Source: an uncultured Pelagibacteraceae bacterium (lineage in GTDB: Bacteria > Pseudomonadota > Alphaproteobacteria > Pelagibacterales > Pelagibacteraceae). From it: 64,000 bases of DNA. This document shows, piece by piece, positions 10,232 through 21,394 of this stretch. The notes under the pieces are model-generated. The model was not told the DNA's origin and did no database searches. It saw nothing but the letters and a program-made list of their open reading frames with translations. The stretch is taken from positions 11,175 through 75,174 of the forward strand of contig CACGKR010000001.1 in NCBI GenBank assembly GCA_902573705.1, given 5' to 3'. Made by a program: the position numbers and the translations under genes. Numbering within the stretch: the first letter of the stretch is position 1; every line of letters starts with the position of its first letter.

Positions 10232-10604
10232 AAGTTACAACTCCCCAAATAAAGATATCCTCTTCTTCGTTAATTAAAATTCTATTAGAAAAATCCTTAG
10301 ATCCAGATGTTAGAAATTTTTTATCTCGTTCCTGAACTAAAGTTTTAACTACAAGTTCATCATGAACATTTGCAATAACTGTTGAAAAGTTTTTTGGTTT
10401 TAAACTTTTATCAACAACCAATAAGTCTCCATCATTAATCCCAACATCAACCATCGATTTTCCCTGCACTCTGATGATGAAAGTAGCTGGAACATTTTTG
10501 ATTAAATGCATGTTTAGATCGATATCTTCTTCGATATAATCAGTGGCAGGTGAGGGAAAACCAGCGCCAGCTTTATGTAGATAATAAGGGATAGTTAGTT
10601 TCAT
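10209..10604 (-). CDS. umuD: DNA polymerase V accessory subunit UmuD (S24 peptidase)
   Basis: AGFPSPATDY cleavage motif, catalytic Ser (GKSM) and Lys (VVKTL); overlaps the umuC start. Confidence 0.93.
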   Translation of the reverse strand: MKLTIPYYLHKAGAGFPSPATDYIEEDIDLNMHLIKNVPATFIIRVQGKSMVDVGINDGDLLVVDKSLKPKNFSTVIANVHDELVVKTLVQERDKKFLTSGSKDFSNRILINEEEDIFIWGVVTYVIHSTY

Positions 10605-10619
10605 GTTCTTATTTTGTTC
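10605..10619. promoter_or_regulatory. Alphaproteobacterial LexA (SOS) box upstream of umuD
   Basis: GTTC-TTATTTT-GTTC (GTTC-N7-GTTC) abutting the umuD start codon. Confidence 0.85.
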
Positions 10620-10760
10620 TCATTTATAGCTCATTTATACAGTACACGCAAGAGGTTGTATTTTGAGTCTGAAAATGAATCAAAAGTGAATCAAAACGAG
10701 AACATCAAAACTACATTTTGTATGCTTGTGGATAACTCAAACCAGAGATAGTTTAAATTA

Positions 10761-11138
10761 ATGTCAATTATAAGAAAACTTACTTGTCATTGTGGAGAAG
10801 TCGAAATTCAAGTTAATCTAAAAAAAAATATTGAAGAATTGATGAGATGTAATTGTTCTATGTGTAAAAGAAAAGGAACAATGGTTACAACAATTAACAA
10901 AAATGATTTGAAGATTGTTAAGGGGGAGAGCAAAATTAAGACTTATCAATTTAACACTAAAGTAGCAAAGCATCATTTCTGCTCAGAGTGTGGAACTCAT
11001 ACACATAACTTAAGGAGAAGTGACCCAAATACTTTTGGTATTAATGTAGGGTGTATTGATGAAATAGAACCAAATGAATTATTTAAACTTAAGACCTTTG
11101 TAAATGATGGTCAAAATCATATAAAAGATAGAAAATAA
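10761..11138 (+). CDS. GFA/CENP-V family Zn-binding protein
   Basis: CHCG, CNCSMC, HHFCSECG. Confidence 0.9.
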   Translation: MSIIRKLTCHCGEVEIQVNLKKNIEELMRCNCSMCKRKGTMVTTINKNDLKIVKGESKIKTYQFNTKVAKHHFCSECGTHTHNLRRSDPNTFGINVGCIDEIEPNELFKLKTFVNDGQNHIKDRK

Positions 11139-11140
11139 AA

Positions 11141-11503
11141 ATGAAAAAATTAGTATGTCATTGTGGAGCTATAGAGGCAGAAATAAATCTAGAAGGAGAT
11201 TTAGCCAAAGTAATAAAGTGCAACTGTTCTATTTGTAAAAGAAAAGGAGCAATTATGTCGATGGTGAAAAATGAGGATTTTAAAATTATAAAAGGAGAAG
11301 AAAAATTAAAACTTTATCAATTTCATTCAAAAGTTGCCAAACATTACTTTTGTTCTGACTGTGGAATTTATACACATCACAACCCAAGAATTAATCCTGC
11401 TATGACAGGATTTAATGTTGGATGCATTGATGAAATAAATACCTTCGATATGAAAGAAGTCCCAGTAAATGATGGTCAAAATCATCCATTAGATAAAAAA
11501 TAA
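11141..11503 (+). CDS. GFA/CENP-V family Zn-binding protein (paralog)
   Basis: CHCG, CNCSIC, HYFCSDCG; shares the VNDGQNH tail with the upstream copy. Confidence 0.9.
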   Translation: MKKLVCHCGAIEAEINLEGDLAKVIKCNCSICKRKGAIMSMVKNEDFKIIKGEEKLKLYQFHSKVAKHYFCSDCGIYTHHNPRINPAMTGFNVGCIDEINTFDMKEVPVNDGQNHPLDKK

Positions 11504-11508
11504 TTTTC

Positions 11509-12438
11509 ATGCATCAATTTAGCTTATGTTTTGTAAAAGTAAAAAAAGATTGCTTAAAGTTTATTAAATCTCAAGAGACAAAAGCAGACAAATTTAAGAA
11601 TAAAGAAAAGATGATTAAATCATTTTTAATACCTTTGTGTTTTTGGATCAGCAAAAAGGCTGATAAGAAAAAACCATATTTTGTAGGTTTGGCTGGAGGG
11701 CAGGGAACAGGCAAAACAACAATAAGCTCCTTAATAAAAGTTATATTAATTAAATATTTTAAATTAAAAGTTTTTAGAATCTCAATAGATGATTTTTATA
11801 AAACCAGAAATGAAAGAATCAAATTATCTAAAAGGATTCATCCTATGCTTTTAACGAGAGGGGTACCCGGAACACACGATATTAATATGATGCTTAATTT
11901 CTTTAAAAATGTAAAAAGTAAGAAATTCAAAAGATTAAAATTACCAACTTTTAATAAAGCTATTGATGACAGATTTAATAAAAAAAATTGGTATGATTTA
12001 AAAAACAAACCTGATGTAATTATTTTTGAAGGTTGGTGTGTTGGGGCTAAATCAGAGGGACGCAATTCTTTAAAGAAGTCAATTAATTCAATGGAAAGAA
12101 TAAAAGATCATAAAGGTATTTGGAGAAAATATGTTAATCAACAATTAAAATCTAAATATAAAAACTTGTATTCACAATTAAATTGTCTAATTTTTTTAAA
12201 AGCAAAAAATTTTAGTTTACTTCAAAAATGGAGGTTAAAACAAGAGCGTAAACTTGGATTAAAAAGTAAGAATAAAATAAAATCTAGAGTAATGAATAAA
12301 GAAGATGTTTTAAACTTTATGCAGACCTATCAAAGAATTACGCAAAATATGTTTAGAAATATGCCTAAATATGCATCAATTATAATCAATTTAAACAGTA
12401 ACCATCAAATTAAATCTGCAGTATATAAAAGACCATGA
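11509..12438 (+). CDS. P-loop kinase, D-glycerate 3-kinase (GLYK)/uridine kinase-like
   Basis: Walker A GGQGTGKTT, SIDDFY, RGVPGTHD, IIFEGWCVG. Confidence 0.75.
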   Translation: MHQFSLCFVKVKKDCLKFIKSQETKADKFKNKEKMIKSFLIPLCFWISKKADKKKPYFVGLAGGQGTGKTTISSLIKVILIKYFKLKVFRISIDDFYKTRNERIKLSKRIHPMLLTRGVPGTHDINMMLNFFKNVKSKKFKRLKLPTFNKAIDDRFNKKNWYDLKNKPDVIIFEGWCVGAKSEGRNSLKKSINSMERIKDHKGIWRKYVNQQLKSKYKNLYSQLNCLIFLKAKNFSLLQKWRLKQERKLGLKSKNKIKSRVMNKEDVLNFMQTYQRITQNMFRNMPKYASIIINLNSNHQIKSAVYKRP

Positions 12439-13730
12439 AAAAGATTATATTATTTATTTCAGTAAGTTTATTTTTATTTACAAATGCAAATGCTGAGACT
12501 TTTTCTGAGGCACTAAAAAAAGCATATGATAATAATCCAGAATTAAATGCTGAAAGAGAAAGTTTAAATATTTCGGAACAAGAGTATAAAATTTCAGCAA
12601 GCTCTTACTTTCCTTCAGTAACTTTAAGTGGAAGTAAAAGCCAAGAAGATACAGAAAAATTAACGAAAAGAAATGGGTCAAATGCTGCAATAACTGATGT
12701 AGACCCTTCAGTGCAATCTATTACCATTACTCAAACACTAATTGATTTTGGAAGAAGTGCTGAATTAAGTAAAAGTAAAATTGGTATTGAATTAGCTAGA
12801 GCAAAACTCTCAAAAAAAGAGCAAGACATTTTATATAAATCCATCGAAGCATATACTGGTTTAGTAACTGCTAATGAAAAACTTAAAATAAATAGATCTA
12901 ATGTTAATTTATTAGATAGACAAGTAGAAACAGATAGAATTCGATTAGAAAGAGGTAATATTTCATTATCAGATGTAGCCCAATCAGAATCTTCTTTGGC
13001 CGGAGCTCAAGCAAAATTAATTCAAGCAGAAAATGATTTTTTAACAAGTAAACTTAATTACGAAAATGTAATTGGTAAATTAAACGATCCAGAATTATTA
13101 AAAAAATCTTCAATATTTCAAGCAAGTGTACCAATTGAATTAAATTCAGCAATAGAACTATCAGAGAAAAATAATCCAGATTTAATAATTGCTAAGTTAG
13201 AATACGAACAATCTAAAAAAGATACTTCTAGTGCTAGGTCAGATTTAGCTCCAACAGCAACTTTATCATTTGATAGATCCAAAACGGATGATTTAAGTTC
13301 TACTTATGACGAAAAAGAACAGGATACTTTGAAAGCTACAGTGACGTGGCCCTTTTTTTCTGGTGGAAAAAATTATGCAAATTTAAAAAAATCGAAAAGT
13401 TTAGAATTACAAAAAAATTTACTACTTGATAACATGACAACAAAGAACCAGACAGACGTTGCAAGTGCTTGGTCAAACTATCAATCAAATAAGAGCTTAT
13501 TAAATTCTGTACGGGCACAAGTTAACGCTGCTGAAATCGCAAATGAAGGAATTGTTGCGGAATACAACAGTGGCTCAGATAGAACAACGTTAGAGGTTAT
13601 CCAATCCAATTCTTTATTATTAAATGCTCAAATTTCGCTTGCTGATTCTGAAAGAAATTTCATTCTTTCACAATTTAATCTCCTAAAATCGGTAGGTTTA
13701 TTGAATAGTGATTATCTAAAAATTAGGTAA
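12435..13730 (+). CDS. tolC: TolC family outer-membrane efflux protein
   Basis: Signal peptide; AYDNNPEL, repeated helical OEP pattern, RTTLEV. Confidence 0.88.
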   Translation: MKKIILFISVSLFLFTNANAETFSEALKKAYDNNPELNAERESLNISEQEYKISASSYFPSVTLSGSKSQEDTEKLTKRNGSNAAITDVDPSVQSITITQTLIDFGRSAELSKSKIGIELARAKLSKKEQDILYKSIEAYTGLVTANEKLKINRSNVNLLDRQVETDRIRLERGNISLSDVAQSESSLAGAQAKLIQAENDFLTSKLNYENVIGKLNDPELLKKSSIFQASVPIELNSAIELSEKNNPDLIIAKLEYEQSKKDTSSARSDLAPTATLSFDRSKTDDLSSTYDEKEQDTLKATVTWPFFSGGKNYANLKKSKSLELQKNLLLDNMTTKNQTDVASAWSNYQSNKSLLNSVRAQVNAAEIANEGIVAEYNSGSDRTTLEVIQSNSLLLNAQISLADSERNFILSQFNLLKSVGLLNSDYLKIR

Positions 13731-13774
13731 TTTTGGGGTTTTTTAATCATAAATAATTTAGAACTTGCCAATGA

Positions 13775-13789
13775 GAACAAAATGTGTAC
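13775..13789. promoter_or_regulatory. LexA (SOS) box in the recA promoter
   Basis: GAAC-AAAATGT-GTAC (GAAC-N7-GTAC) lying between TTGCCA (13765-13770) and TACATT (13787-13792). Confidence 0.8.
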
Positions 13790-13838
13790 ATTTATTTTAT
13801 GATTCGAGAGTTAAAAAAATTAAAAAAAAGGGCAAAAA

Positions 13839-14987
13839 ATGACGAAAAATAACCTAAAAGTAGTTAAATCTACTAAAGATCAAGAAATGGATATCAAAGA
13901 AAAGAATAAAGCATTAGATGCTGCAATCAGCCAAATAACTGACAACTTTGGAAAAGGCTCTGTTATGAAGCTAGGTGAAAAAAGAGCTATGGATATCGAG
14001 TCGATATCTACAGGTTCTTTAAGTTTAGATTTAGCTTTAGGAATAGGTGGTTTACCAAAAGGAAGAATTGTTGAAGTTTATGGACCAGAATCTTCTGGAA
14101 AAACAACATTAGCATTGCAAGTTGTTGCTGAAGCTCAAAAAGCAGGTGGAATTTGCGCATTCGTTGATGCAGAACATGCTTTAGATCCAGTTTATGCAAA
14201 AAAATTAGGTGTGAACACTGAAGAGCTTTTAATCTCACAACCAGATGCAGGAGAGCAAGCTTTAGAAATAGCTGATACACTAGTAAAATCAGGCTCTATT
14301 TCAGTTATCGTAATTGACTCTGTTGCAGCTTTAACTCCAAAAGCTGAAATTGAAGGTGAAATGGGTGATCATCACGTTGGACTTCAATCAAGATTAATGA
14401 GTCAGGCATTAAGAAAATTAACTGGTTCAATTTCAAATACAAACACAATGATGATTTTCATTAACCAAATTAGAATGAAAATTGGAGTTATGTTTGGAAG
14501 TCCTGAAACAACATCAGGTGGAAACGCACTTAAGTTTTACTCATCTGTAAGAATGGACATTAGAAGAATTGGTGCCATCAAAGATAAAGATGAAATTATT
14601 GGTAATTCTACGAGAGTGAAAGTAGTTAAGAATAAAGTTGCACCACCATTCAAAGTTGTTGAATTTGACTTGATGTATGGAAAAGGAATTAGCAAGATGG
14701 GTGAGTTAGTAGACCTTGGAGCTAAAGCCGATATTATTGAAAAATCAGGTGCATGGTACGCTTATAAAGGTGAGAAAATAGGACAAGGTAGAGAAAATGC
14801 TAAAGTCTATTTAGCTCAAAACCCACAAGTTGCTGCTGAGATTGAAATGGCAATTAGGGAAAAAGCTGGTGTGATTTCTAAAAAAATTGAGGGAAATCCA
14901 TTAAGTCCAGAAAAGATTGAAAAAGAGAAGAAAGTAGCTGAAAAAGAAGAAGCAGATAAAGAAGCTACTCCTCCTAAAAAGAACTAG
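13839..14987 (+). CDS. recA: Recombinase RecA
   Basis: [55 protein letters not shown]. Confidence 0.99.
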   Translation: MTKNNLKVVKSTKDQEMDIKEKNKALDAAISQITDNFGKGSVMKLGEKRAMDIESISTGSLSLDLALGIGGLPKGRIVEVYGPESSGKTTLALQVVAEAQKAGGICAFVDAEHALDPVYAKKLGVNTEELLISQPDAGEQALEIADTLVKSGSISVIVIDSVAALTPKAEIEGEMGDHHVGLQSRLMSQALRKLTGSISNTNTMMIFINQIRMKIGVMFGSPETTSGGNALKFYSSVRMDIRRIGAIKDKDEIIGNSTRVKVVKNKVAPPFKVVEFDLMYGKGISKMGELVDLGAKADIIEKSGAWYAYKGEKIGQGRENAKVYLAQNPQVAAEIEMAIREKAGVISKKIEGNPLSPEKIEKEKKVAEKEEADKEATPPKKN

Positions 14988-15009
14988 AATTAAAGTCATC
15001 TTTAAATTA

Positions 15010-15036
15010 TAAAGGCGCTTATTTTAAGCGCCTTTA
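15010..15036 (+). terminator. Stem-loop after recA (probable intrinsic terminator)
   Basis: Perfect inverted repeat TAAAGGCGCTTA-TTT-TAAGCGCCTTTA. Confidence 0.8.
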
Positions 15037-15086
15037 CCCCCTTAGCACTACCTAGACATAGAACGAAAAAGCTGTATTTTAAAAAT

Positions 15087-17753
15087 ATGGCTCAAAAATC
15101 GTTAAATCAGATAAGAGAAACATTCTTAAAATATTTTGAAAAGAATGATCATAAGATCGTTGAGTCTAGCAATTTAGTCCCAAATAATGATCCAACTTTA
15201 ATGTTTGCAAATTCAGGAATGGTTCAATTTAAAAATGTATTTACTGGTTTAGAAAAAAGAGATTTTCAAAGAGCCACTACGTCACAAAAATGCGTTAGAG
15301 CGGGCGGTAAACATAATGATTTAGAAAATGTTGGCTATACACCAAGGCATCACACATTTTTTGAGATGCTAGGAAATTTTTCTTTTGGTGACTATTTTAA
15401 AGAAAAAGCAATTCATTACGCATGGGATTTAATTACAAAAGATTTTGGGATAGATAAAAATAAACTTTATGTAACAGTCTTTCATGAAGATGATGAAGCG
15501 TTCAATTTATGGAAGAAAATTGCAGGTTTTAGCGATGATAGAATAATTAGAATTGCAACATCAGATAATTTTTGGTCAATGGGAGAAACTGGCCCTTGTG
15601 GTCCATGTTCAGAAATATTTTATGATCATGGTGATCATTTAAAAGGCGGATTGCCAGGGACGAAAGATCAAGATGGAGATCGTTTTATTGAAATTTGGAA
15701 CTTGGTCTTTATGCAGTATGAGCAAGTATCAAAAAATAAAAGAATAGACTTACCAAAGCCATCGGTCGATACGGGGATGGGTTTAGAAAGAATTGCAGCT
15801 CTTTTACAAGGAACACATGACAATTATCAAACCGATCACTTTAAGAAACTAATAAGTTCAATATCTGATGTAACAAAAGTCGATCAAGCAGATAATAATA
15901 TATCGAGTTTTAGAGTGATTGCTGATCACTTAAGAGCAAGCTCATTTCTTTTAGCAGAAGGTGTTTTACCATCTAATGAAGGTCGTGGATATGTTTTAAG
16001 AAGAATTATGAGAAGAGGAATGAGACATTCTCATTTGTTAGGCTCTAAGGAGCCAATATTTTATAAAATTTTCGACTCATTAAAAAAGGAAATGTCAGGA
16101 AATTATCCAGAGCTTGAAAGATCTCAATCTTTAATCAAAGAAACCTTAAGGATGGAGGAGGAAAAATTTTTAGTCTTACTTGATAGAGGTATTAAAATTT
16201 TAAATGATAAAATTACAAAAATAGACAAAGTTTTACCCGGTGATGTAGCATTCAAATTATATGACACTTATGGTTTTCCATTAGATCTTACCGAAGACAT
16301 TTTAAAAAATAAATCATTGAAAGTTGATCACAAGAAATTTGATGAATTGATGAAGAAAAGTAAAGAGCTTGCAAAAAAGAATTGGAAAGGTTCTGGGGAC
16401 AGTTCTGAAGAAGCAATTTGGTTTTCAATTAAAGATAAAACAGGTTCAACAGAATTTTTAGGTTACGAGTCAAATCAGTCTGAAGGCGTTGTATTAAATT
16501 TAATTAAAGATAATAAAGAGACAAAATCTTTGTCTTCTGGTGAAGAGGGGATGATCATTACAAATCAAACCCCATTTTATGGAGAGTCAGGAGGACAACT
16601 TGGAGATAAAGGTACAATCGTTTCTGGTAACTCTGTTTTTGAAGTAGAAGATACACAAAAAAAACTTGGAGACTTATTTGTTCATTACGGATCTTTGAAA
16701 ACTGGAGAAATAAAAATCAATGATGTAGTAGAGATGAAAATAGATTTAGTGAGAAGAGATAATTTAAAAGCTTACCATTCAGCTACACACTTACTCCATG
16801 AGTCATTAAGAAGAACTTTAGGAAACCATGTTATGCAAAAAGGATCATTAGTTGCTCCTGATAGATTAAGATTTGACTTTAGTCACATGAAACCAATTAC
16901 TAATGAAGAGTTAGAGACTATTGATAAGTTAGTTAATGAATATGTTTCAAATAGTTCTGAAGTAACAACAAGAATAATGACTCCAAAAGCAGCCATAGAA
17001 AAAGGTGCACTAGCTTTCTTTGGAGAGAAATATGGAGAAGAAGTTCGTGTTGTGTCTATGGGTAAGGAAAAAGATGTATATTTTTCAACAGAATTATGTG
17101 GAGGAACTCATGTCAAAAAAACCGGAGATATTGGAAAATTTAAAACTGTAAGTCAATCATCTATTTCTGCAGGTGTAAGAAGAGTTGAAGCTCTTAGAGA
17201 TAAACAACTTGAGGATTTTATTAAGAATAAAGAAAAATTATCAACTTTATCTACGCAAAAAGATGAAGAGACTATTAAAGAGCTATCATCTCAAATAATA
17301 AAACTTGGAGGTAAACCAAATGTTGATAACAAAGATTTGAAAGAAATCATAAAAAATCTTTCGAGACAACTTGAACAACTAAATGTTAGTTCAGTTCTTC
17401 AAGATAAAACAAAAAATATTATTAAGGATGATAAGATAAATAATATAAAAGTTAGATTTCAAAAAGTGCAAGATTTACCCCCAAAAGATTTAAGAAAATT
17501 AGTTGATAATGGTAAAAAAGAATTAGGTGATGGTATTGTAATTGTTTTTGCAAGCAGTGAAGATAAGGTTGGCCTAGCAGTTGGTATAACTGATAAATTA
17601 GTCAATAAATATGATGCAGTAAAATTTGCAAAATTAGGATCAGAAACAATTGGTGGAAAAGGTGGTGGTGGTAGAAAAGATTTTGCTCAAGCAGGGGGCC
17701 AAGATAAAAGCAAAATTGATGAAGCTTTTGAAAAAATGGAGGCTTTAATTTAA
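15087..17753 (+). CDS. alaS: Alanine--tRNA ligase
   Basis: [51 protein letters not shown]. Confidence 0.99.
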   Translation: MAQKSLNQIRETFLKYFEKNDHKIVESSNLVPNNDPTLMFANSGMVQFKNVFTGLEKRDFQRATTSQKCVRAGGKHNDLENVGYTPRHHTFFEMLGNFSFGDYFKEKAIHYAWDLITKDFGIDKNKLYVTVFHEDDEAFNLWKKIAGFSDDRIIRIATSDNFWSMGETGPCGPCSEIFYDHGDHLKGGLPGTKDQDGDRFIEIWNLVFMQYEQVSKNKRIDLPKPSVDTGMGLERIAALLQGTHDNYQTDHFKKLISSISDVTKVDQADNNISSFRVIADHLRASSFLLAEGVLPSNEGRGYVLRRIMRRGMRHSHLLGSKEPIFYKIFDSLKKEMSGNYPELERSQSLIKETLRMEEEKFLVLLDRGIKILNDKITKIDKVLPGDVAFKLYDTYGFPLDLTEDILKNKSLKVDHKKFDELMKKSKELAKKNWKGSGDSSEEAIWFSIKDKTGSTEFLGYESNQSEGVVLNLIKDNKETKSLSSGEEGMIITNQTPFYGESGGQLGDKGTIVSGNSVFEVEDTQKKLGDLFVHYGSLKTGEIKINDVVEMKIDLVRRDNLKAYHSATHLLHESLRRTLGNHVMQKGSLVAPDRLRFDFSHMKPITNEELETIDKLVNEYVSNSSEVTTRIMTPKAAIEKGALAFFGEKYGEEVRVVSMGKEKDVYFSTELCGGTHVKKTGDIGKFKTVSQSSISAGVRRVEALRDKQLEDFIKNKEKLSTLSTQKDEETIKELSSQIIKLGGKPNVDNKDLKEIIKNLSRQLEQLNVSSVLQDKTKNIIKDDKINNIKVRFQKVQDLPPKDLRKLVDNGKKELGDGIVIVFASSEDKVGLAVGITDKLVNKYDAVKFAKLGSETIGGKGGGGRKDFAQAGGQDKSKIDEAFEKMEALI

Positions 17754-18959
17754 CTTCTTTTTTAAATGACTGTCTATTACATCTAAAAATTGGTTTGTTG
17801 TAAGATATTTACCTGAGGGTCCTACTAATATCGCTAAATCTTTTGTCATATATCCGCTTTCAACACATTCTATACAAACATTCTCGATTTTTGTTGCAAA
17901 TTTAATTAACTCATTATTTCCATCTAATTTACCTCGGTGTGCTAACCCTCTAGTCCATGCAAAAATTGATGCAATAGGATTGGTAGAGGTTTCTTTACCC
18001 TCTTGATGCATTCGAAAGTGTCTTGTAACTGTTCCGTGTGCAGCCTCTGCCTCCATTATTTTTCCATCAGGAGTTAACAAGGTGCTTGTCATCAGACCTA
18101 ATGAACCATAACCCTGGGCCATAGTATCAGATTGAACATCACCATCATAATTTTTGCAAGCCCAAATATACTTACCACTCCATTTCATTGCGCAAGCTAC
18201 CATGTCATCAATGAGTCTATGTTCATAAGTAATATTTGCATCTTTAAATTGTTTTTTAAATTCTTTATCAAAAATTTCTTGAAATATATCTTTAAATCTT
18301 CCATCATATTTTTTTAAGATAGTATTTTTAGTTGAAAGATAGACTGGCCATTTTTTTATAAGACCATAACTAAAGCAAGATCTAGCAAAATCTTCTATTG
18401 ATTTGTCTAAATTATACATTGAGAGGGCTACTCCAGGTCCAGTAAAATTAAATACCTCATACTTAATTTCATCTTTACCATCTTCAGAGGTCCATTTAAC
18501 TTCCATTTTACCTTTACCAGGAACTTTAAAATCTGTTGCTCTGTATTGATCACCAAAAGCGTGTCTGCCTATAACAACAGGATCAGTCCAAGAAGGAACT
18601 AATTTTGGAATATTTGAACAAATTATAGGCTCTCTAAAAACAGTACCACCAATAATATTTCTAATAGTACCATTAGGAGATCTCCACATTTTTTTTAATT
18701 TAAACTCATCTACTCTAGCTTCATCGGGAGTTATGGTTGCACATTTTATACCTACACCAAACTTTTTAATTGCGTTTGCAGAGTCAATTGTAATTTGATC
18801 ATTTGTATTATCTCTGCTTTTCATCCCTAAGTCGTAATACTCAATTTTAAGATCAAGATAAGGAAGAATTAATTTATTTTTGATAAAATCCCATATTATT
18901 CTGGTCATTTCATCACCGTCTAACTCTACAACAGGGTTTTTTACGCTAATTTTAGTCAC
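17745..18959 (-). CDS. icd: NADP-dependent isocitrate dehydrogenase (eukaryote-like homodimeric type)
   Basis: [50 protein letters not shown]; GTG start. Confidence 0.97.
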   Translation of the reverse strand: MTKISVKNPVVELDGDEMTRIIWDFIKNKLILPYLDLKIEYYDLGMKSRDNTNDQITIDSANAIKKFGVGIKCATITPDEARVDEFKLKKMWRSPNGTIRNIIGGTVFREPIICSNIPKLVPSWTDPVVIGRHAFGDQYRATDFKVPGKGKMEVKWTSEDGKDEIKYEVFNFTGPGVALSMYNLDKSIEDFARSCFSYGLIKKWPVYLSTKNTILKKYDGRFKDIFQEIFDKEFKKQFKDANITYEHRLIDDMVACAMKWSGKYIWACKNYDGDVQSDTMAQGYGSLGLMTSTLLTPDGKIMEAEAAHGTVTRHFRMHQEGKETSTNPIASIFAWTRGLAHRGKLDGNNELIKFATKIENVCIECVESGYMTKDLAILVGPSGKYLTTNQFLDVIDSHLKKKLN

Positions 18960-19031
18960 TTATATTTATCTTAATAATTGAATTTCGCGATTTTATATAC
19001 ATATTAATGAAAAATTATCAAATAGAAGAAT

Positions 19032-19679
19032 ATGTTTAGCAAGATATTTCCAAAAATTCACGCAGAGGGATATAAATTTTTAGTTATCGCCGGAATTATT
19101 ACTATAGTGTTTTACAGCTTTAGTGATTTTCTTGGCTTAATTGGATTTGTATTAACTATATGGGTTTATTATTTTTTTAGAGATCCTGAAAGAGTAATCA
19201 TTGATAATGATAATTATTTAGTTAGCCCAGCTGATGGCGAAGTCATTAAAGTAGAAGAAACTGATGGTCCTAAAGAACTTGGTTTAGAAAACCAAAAATT
19301 TAATAAGATTAGTATTTTTATGAATGTTTTTGATTGTCATGTGAACAGGACACCATGCAGAGGATTAATTGAGGAAATTTTATATAAACCAGGAAAATTT
19401 TTTAATGCTTCACTAGATAAGGCTAGTGAAGATAATGAAAGAAATTATTTCAAAATTAAAGATTCTTTTGACAATAAAATCATAGTTGTTCAGATAGCTG
19501 GGCTTATTGCTCGTAGAATTATTTGTGAAGCTAATAAAGAACAAATCTTAACACAAGGAGAAAGAATTGGAATGATCAGATTTGGTAGTCGAGTTGATAT
19601 ATATTATGAAAATTATCAACCATTAGTTAAAATAGGACAGAAAGCTATTTCAGGTGAAACCATATTAGCTAAAAAATAA
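19032..19679 (+). CDS. psd: Phosphatidylserine decarboxylase
   Basis: FFRDPER, SPADG, HVNRTP, IRFGSRVD (autocleavage GS). Confidence 0.95.
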   Translation: MFSKIFPKIHAEGYKFLVIAGIITIVFYSFSDFLGLIGFVLTIWVYYFFRDPERVIIDNDNYLVSPADGEVIKVEETDGPKELGLENQKFNKISIFMNVFDCHVNRTPCRGLIEEILYKPGKFFNASLDKASEDNERNYFKIKDSFDNKIIVVQIAGLIARRIICEANKEQILTQGERIGMIRFGSRVDIYYENYQPLVKIGQKAISGETILAKK

Positions 19680-20483
19680 ATGGAACCAAAAAAAAATAAT
19701 TTTAAAATTGTAGCTGAAAAAAAAACTGCAAGAGTGATTTTACCAAATATGCTTACGTTAATTGGGGTATGCATTGGTTTAACGTCAATTAGGTTTGCTT
19801 TAGATGAAAGATTTGGATTAGCAATTATTGCAATAATTTTTGCTGCTTTAATTGATGGACTTGACGGAAGAATTGCAAGATTAATTAAAGGAACATCTAA
19901 GGTTGGAAAAGAACTAGACTCTCTTACTGATATGATAAGCTTTGGTGTTGCACCAGCATTCATAATGTATTTTTGGAAACTTAATACGTTAGAGAGATTT
20001 GGCTGGTTATTATGTTTAGTTTATGTGATTTGTGTAGCACTAAGACTAGCAAGATTTAACATTAATTCTAATCAAGAACCCTCATGGAAAGATAATTTTT
20101 TTGAAGGCGTTCCATCACCAGCAGGTGGAATATTAGTTCTTACTCCATTAATCATAAGTTTAAGTAGTTTTGATTTACTTCAATTAAACTATGATATTGT
20201 AGTTCCAATATTTTTTATTGTAACTTCATTTTTATTGATAAGTAAATTTCCAAGTTATTCTTTTAAAAAAATTGTAATCAGAAGAAGAACCACAATTTTT
20301 TTGCTTTTTGGAATTGTACTATTTTTTGGTCTTTTATTAATTTATACATTTGATATTATTGCCATAAGTGCAATTATTTATCTGCTTTTATTACCAATAA
20401 GCTTCATACATTTTCAAAAAATCAAAAAACGACATGAAAATGACAAAATTCAAGACGAGGATGATCTTGAAGACGTACTTTAA
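19680..20483 (+). CDS. pssA: CDP-diacylglycerol--serine O-phosphatidyltransferase
   Basis: DGLDGRIAR...GKELDSLTDMISFGVAPA motif, LRLARFN; follows psd. Confidence 0.93.
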   Translation: MEPKKNNFKIVAEKKTARVILPNMLTLIGVCIGLTSIRFALDERFGLAIIAIIFAALIDGLDGRIARLIKGTSKVGKELDSLTDMISFGVAPAFIMYFWKLNTLERFGWLLCLVYVICVALRLARFNINSNQEPSWKDNFFEGVPSPAGGILVLTPLIISLSSFDLLQLNYDIVVPIFFIVTSFLLISKFPSYSFKKIVIRRRTTIFLLFGIVLFFGLLLIYTFDIIAISAIIYLLLLPISFIHFQKIKKRHENDKIQDEDDLEDVL

Positions 20484-21394
20484 TGAAAAAAAATGTTATA
20501 GTTTCTTTAGCTGATGCTAATTACTTCCCTTTGTTAGAAGAATTAATAAATTCTATAAAAAAATTTAAAGAGAGTGAAAAGGTTGCAATCTGCATCTTAG
20601 ATGCTGGATTGACAATAGAGCAAAAAAAAATTTTATTGAATAAAGTAGACGAGATTAAAACAGCTGAATGGGATATCGAAGTTCCAGATTATAAAGTTAA
20701 AAATAAAGAGTGGCTTAAAAGCCAAGTTTCACGAGCTTTTTTACCTAAATATTTTCCTAATTACGAAAAATATTTATGGATAGATTGTGATGCTTGGGTA
20801 AATGATTGGAATAGTCTCGAACTATATTTTAAAGCGTGCAATAATGGTAAACTTGGTATTACACAAACTATTGGTCCAGGTTATAAAATAACTTCAAAAG
20901 TGAACTGGCTATTTGGAAAATTAGCAATAATAAAGTCACAAAATTTCAAACATGCTGTTAAATCAAAAATTGGTTACGAAAAAGCCAGAAAATTAGCATT
21001 TGCTCCACATATTAATATTGGTGTTTTTTCTTTAGAAAAAAACTCTAATGGTTGGAGTTTGTGGCAGAAAAATTTATTACAAACTTTAAAATCAGGTAAT
21101 ATTTTTGGTTCAGAAGGATTAGCAATTAATATGTCTGTTTATATCGATAATTTAGAAACAGAATTTTTACCTTTAAATTGTAATTGGATTACTAGTAATT
21201 TACTCCCAAAATATGATGAAAAACAAAATACATTTGTAGAGCCATATTTACCAAATTATAAAATTGGAATAATGCATCTCGCGGCTGGTATTTGGATAGA
21301 TGGTAAAGATATGAGAGTCGATAAAAGTATCAAAATAGAATTAGAAACTTTAGATAAAAAAAAAGTATTTAAAAGTTTAAGATATAATATTTAA
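20483..21394 (+). CDS. Glycosyltransferase, GT8-like (GT-A fold)
   Basis: ADANYF, YLWIDCDAWV (DxD), INIGVF, IMHLA. Confidence 0.7.
   Translation: MKKNVIVSLADANYFPLLEELINSIKKFKESEKVAICILDAGLTIEQKKILLNKVDEIKTAEWDIEVPDYKVKNKEWLKSQVSRAFLPKYFPNYEKYLWIDCDAWVNDWNSLELYFKACNNGKLGITQTIGPGYKITSKVNWLFGKLAIIKSQNFKHAVKSKIGYEKARKLAFAPHINIGVFSLEKNSNGWSLWQKNLLQTLKSGNIFGSEGLAINMSVYIDNLETEFLPLNCNWITSNLLPKYDEKQNTFVEPYLPNYKIGIMHLAAGIWIDGKDMRVDKSIKIELETLDKKKVFKSLRYNI

Noticed and set aside
8951-10604. umuDC as a marker of a prophage or ICE
   Set aside because: No integrase, att repeats, tRNA or phage structural genes nearby; composition resembles the flanks
10609-10623. Four-codon uORF (ATG AGA ACA AAA TAA) upstream of umuD
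   Set aside because: Fully explained by the LexA box sequence; no independent evidence of translation
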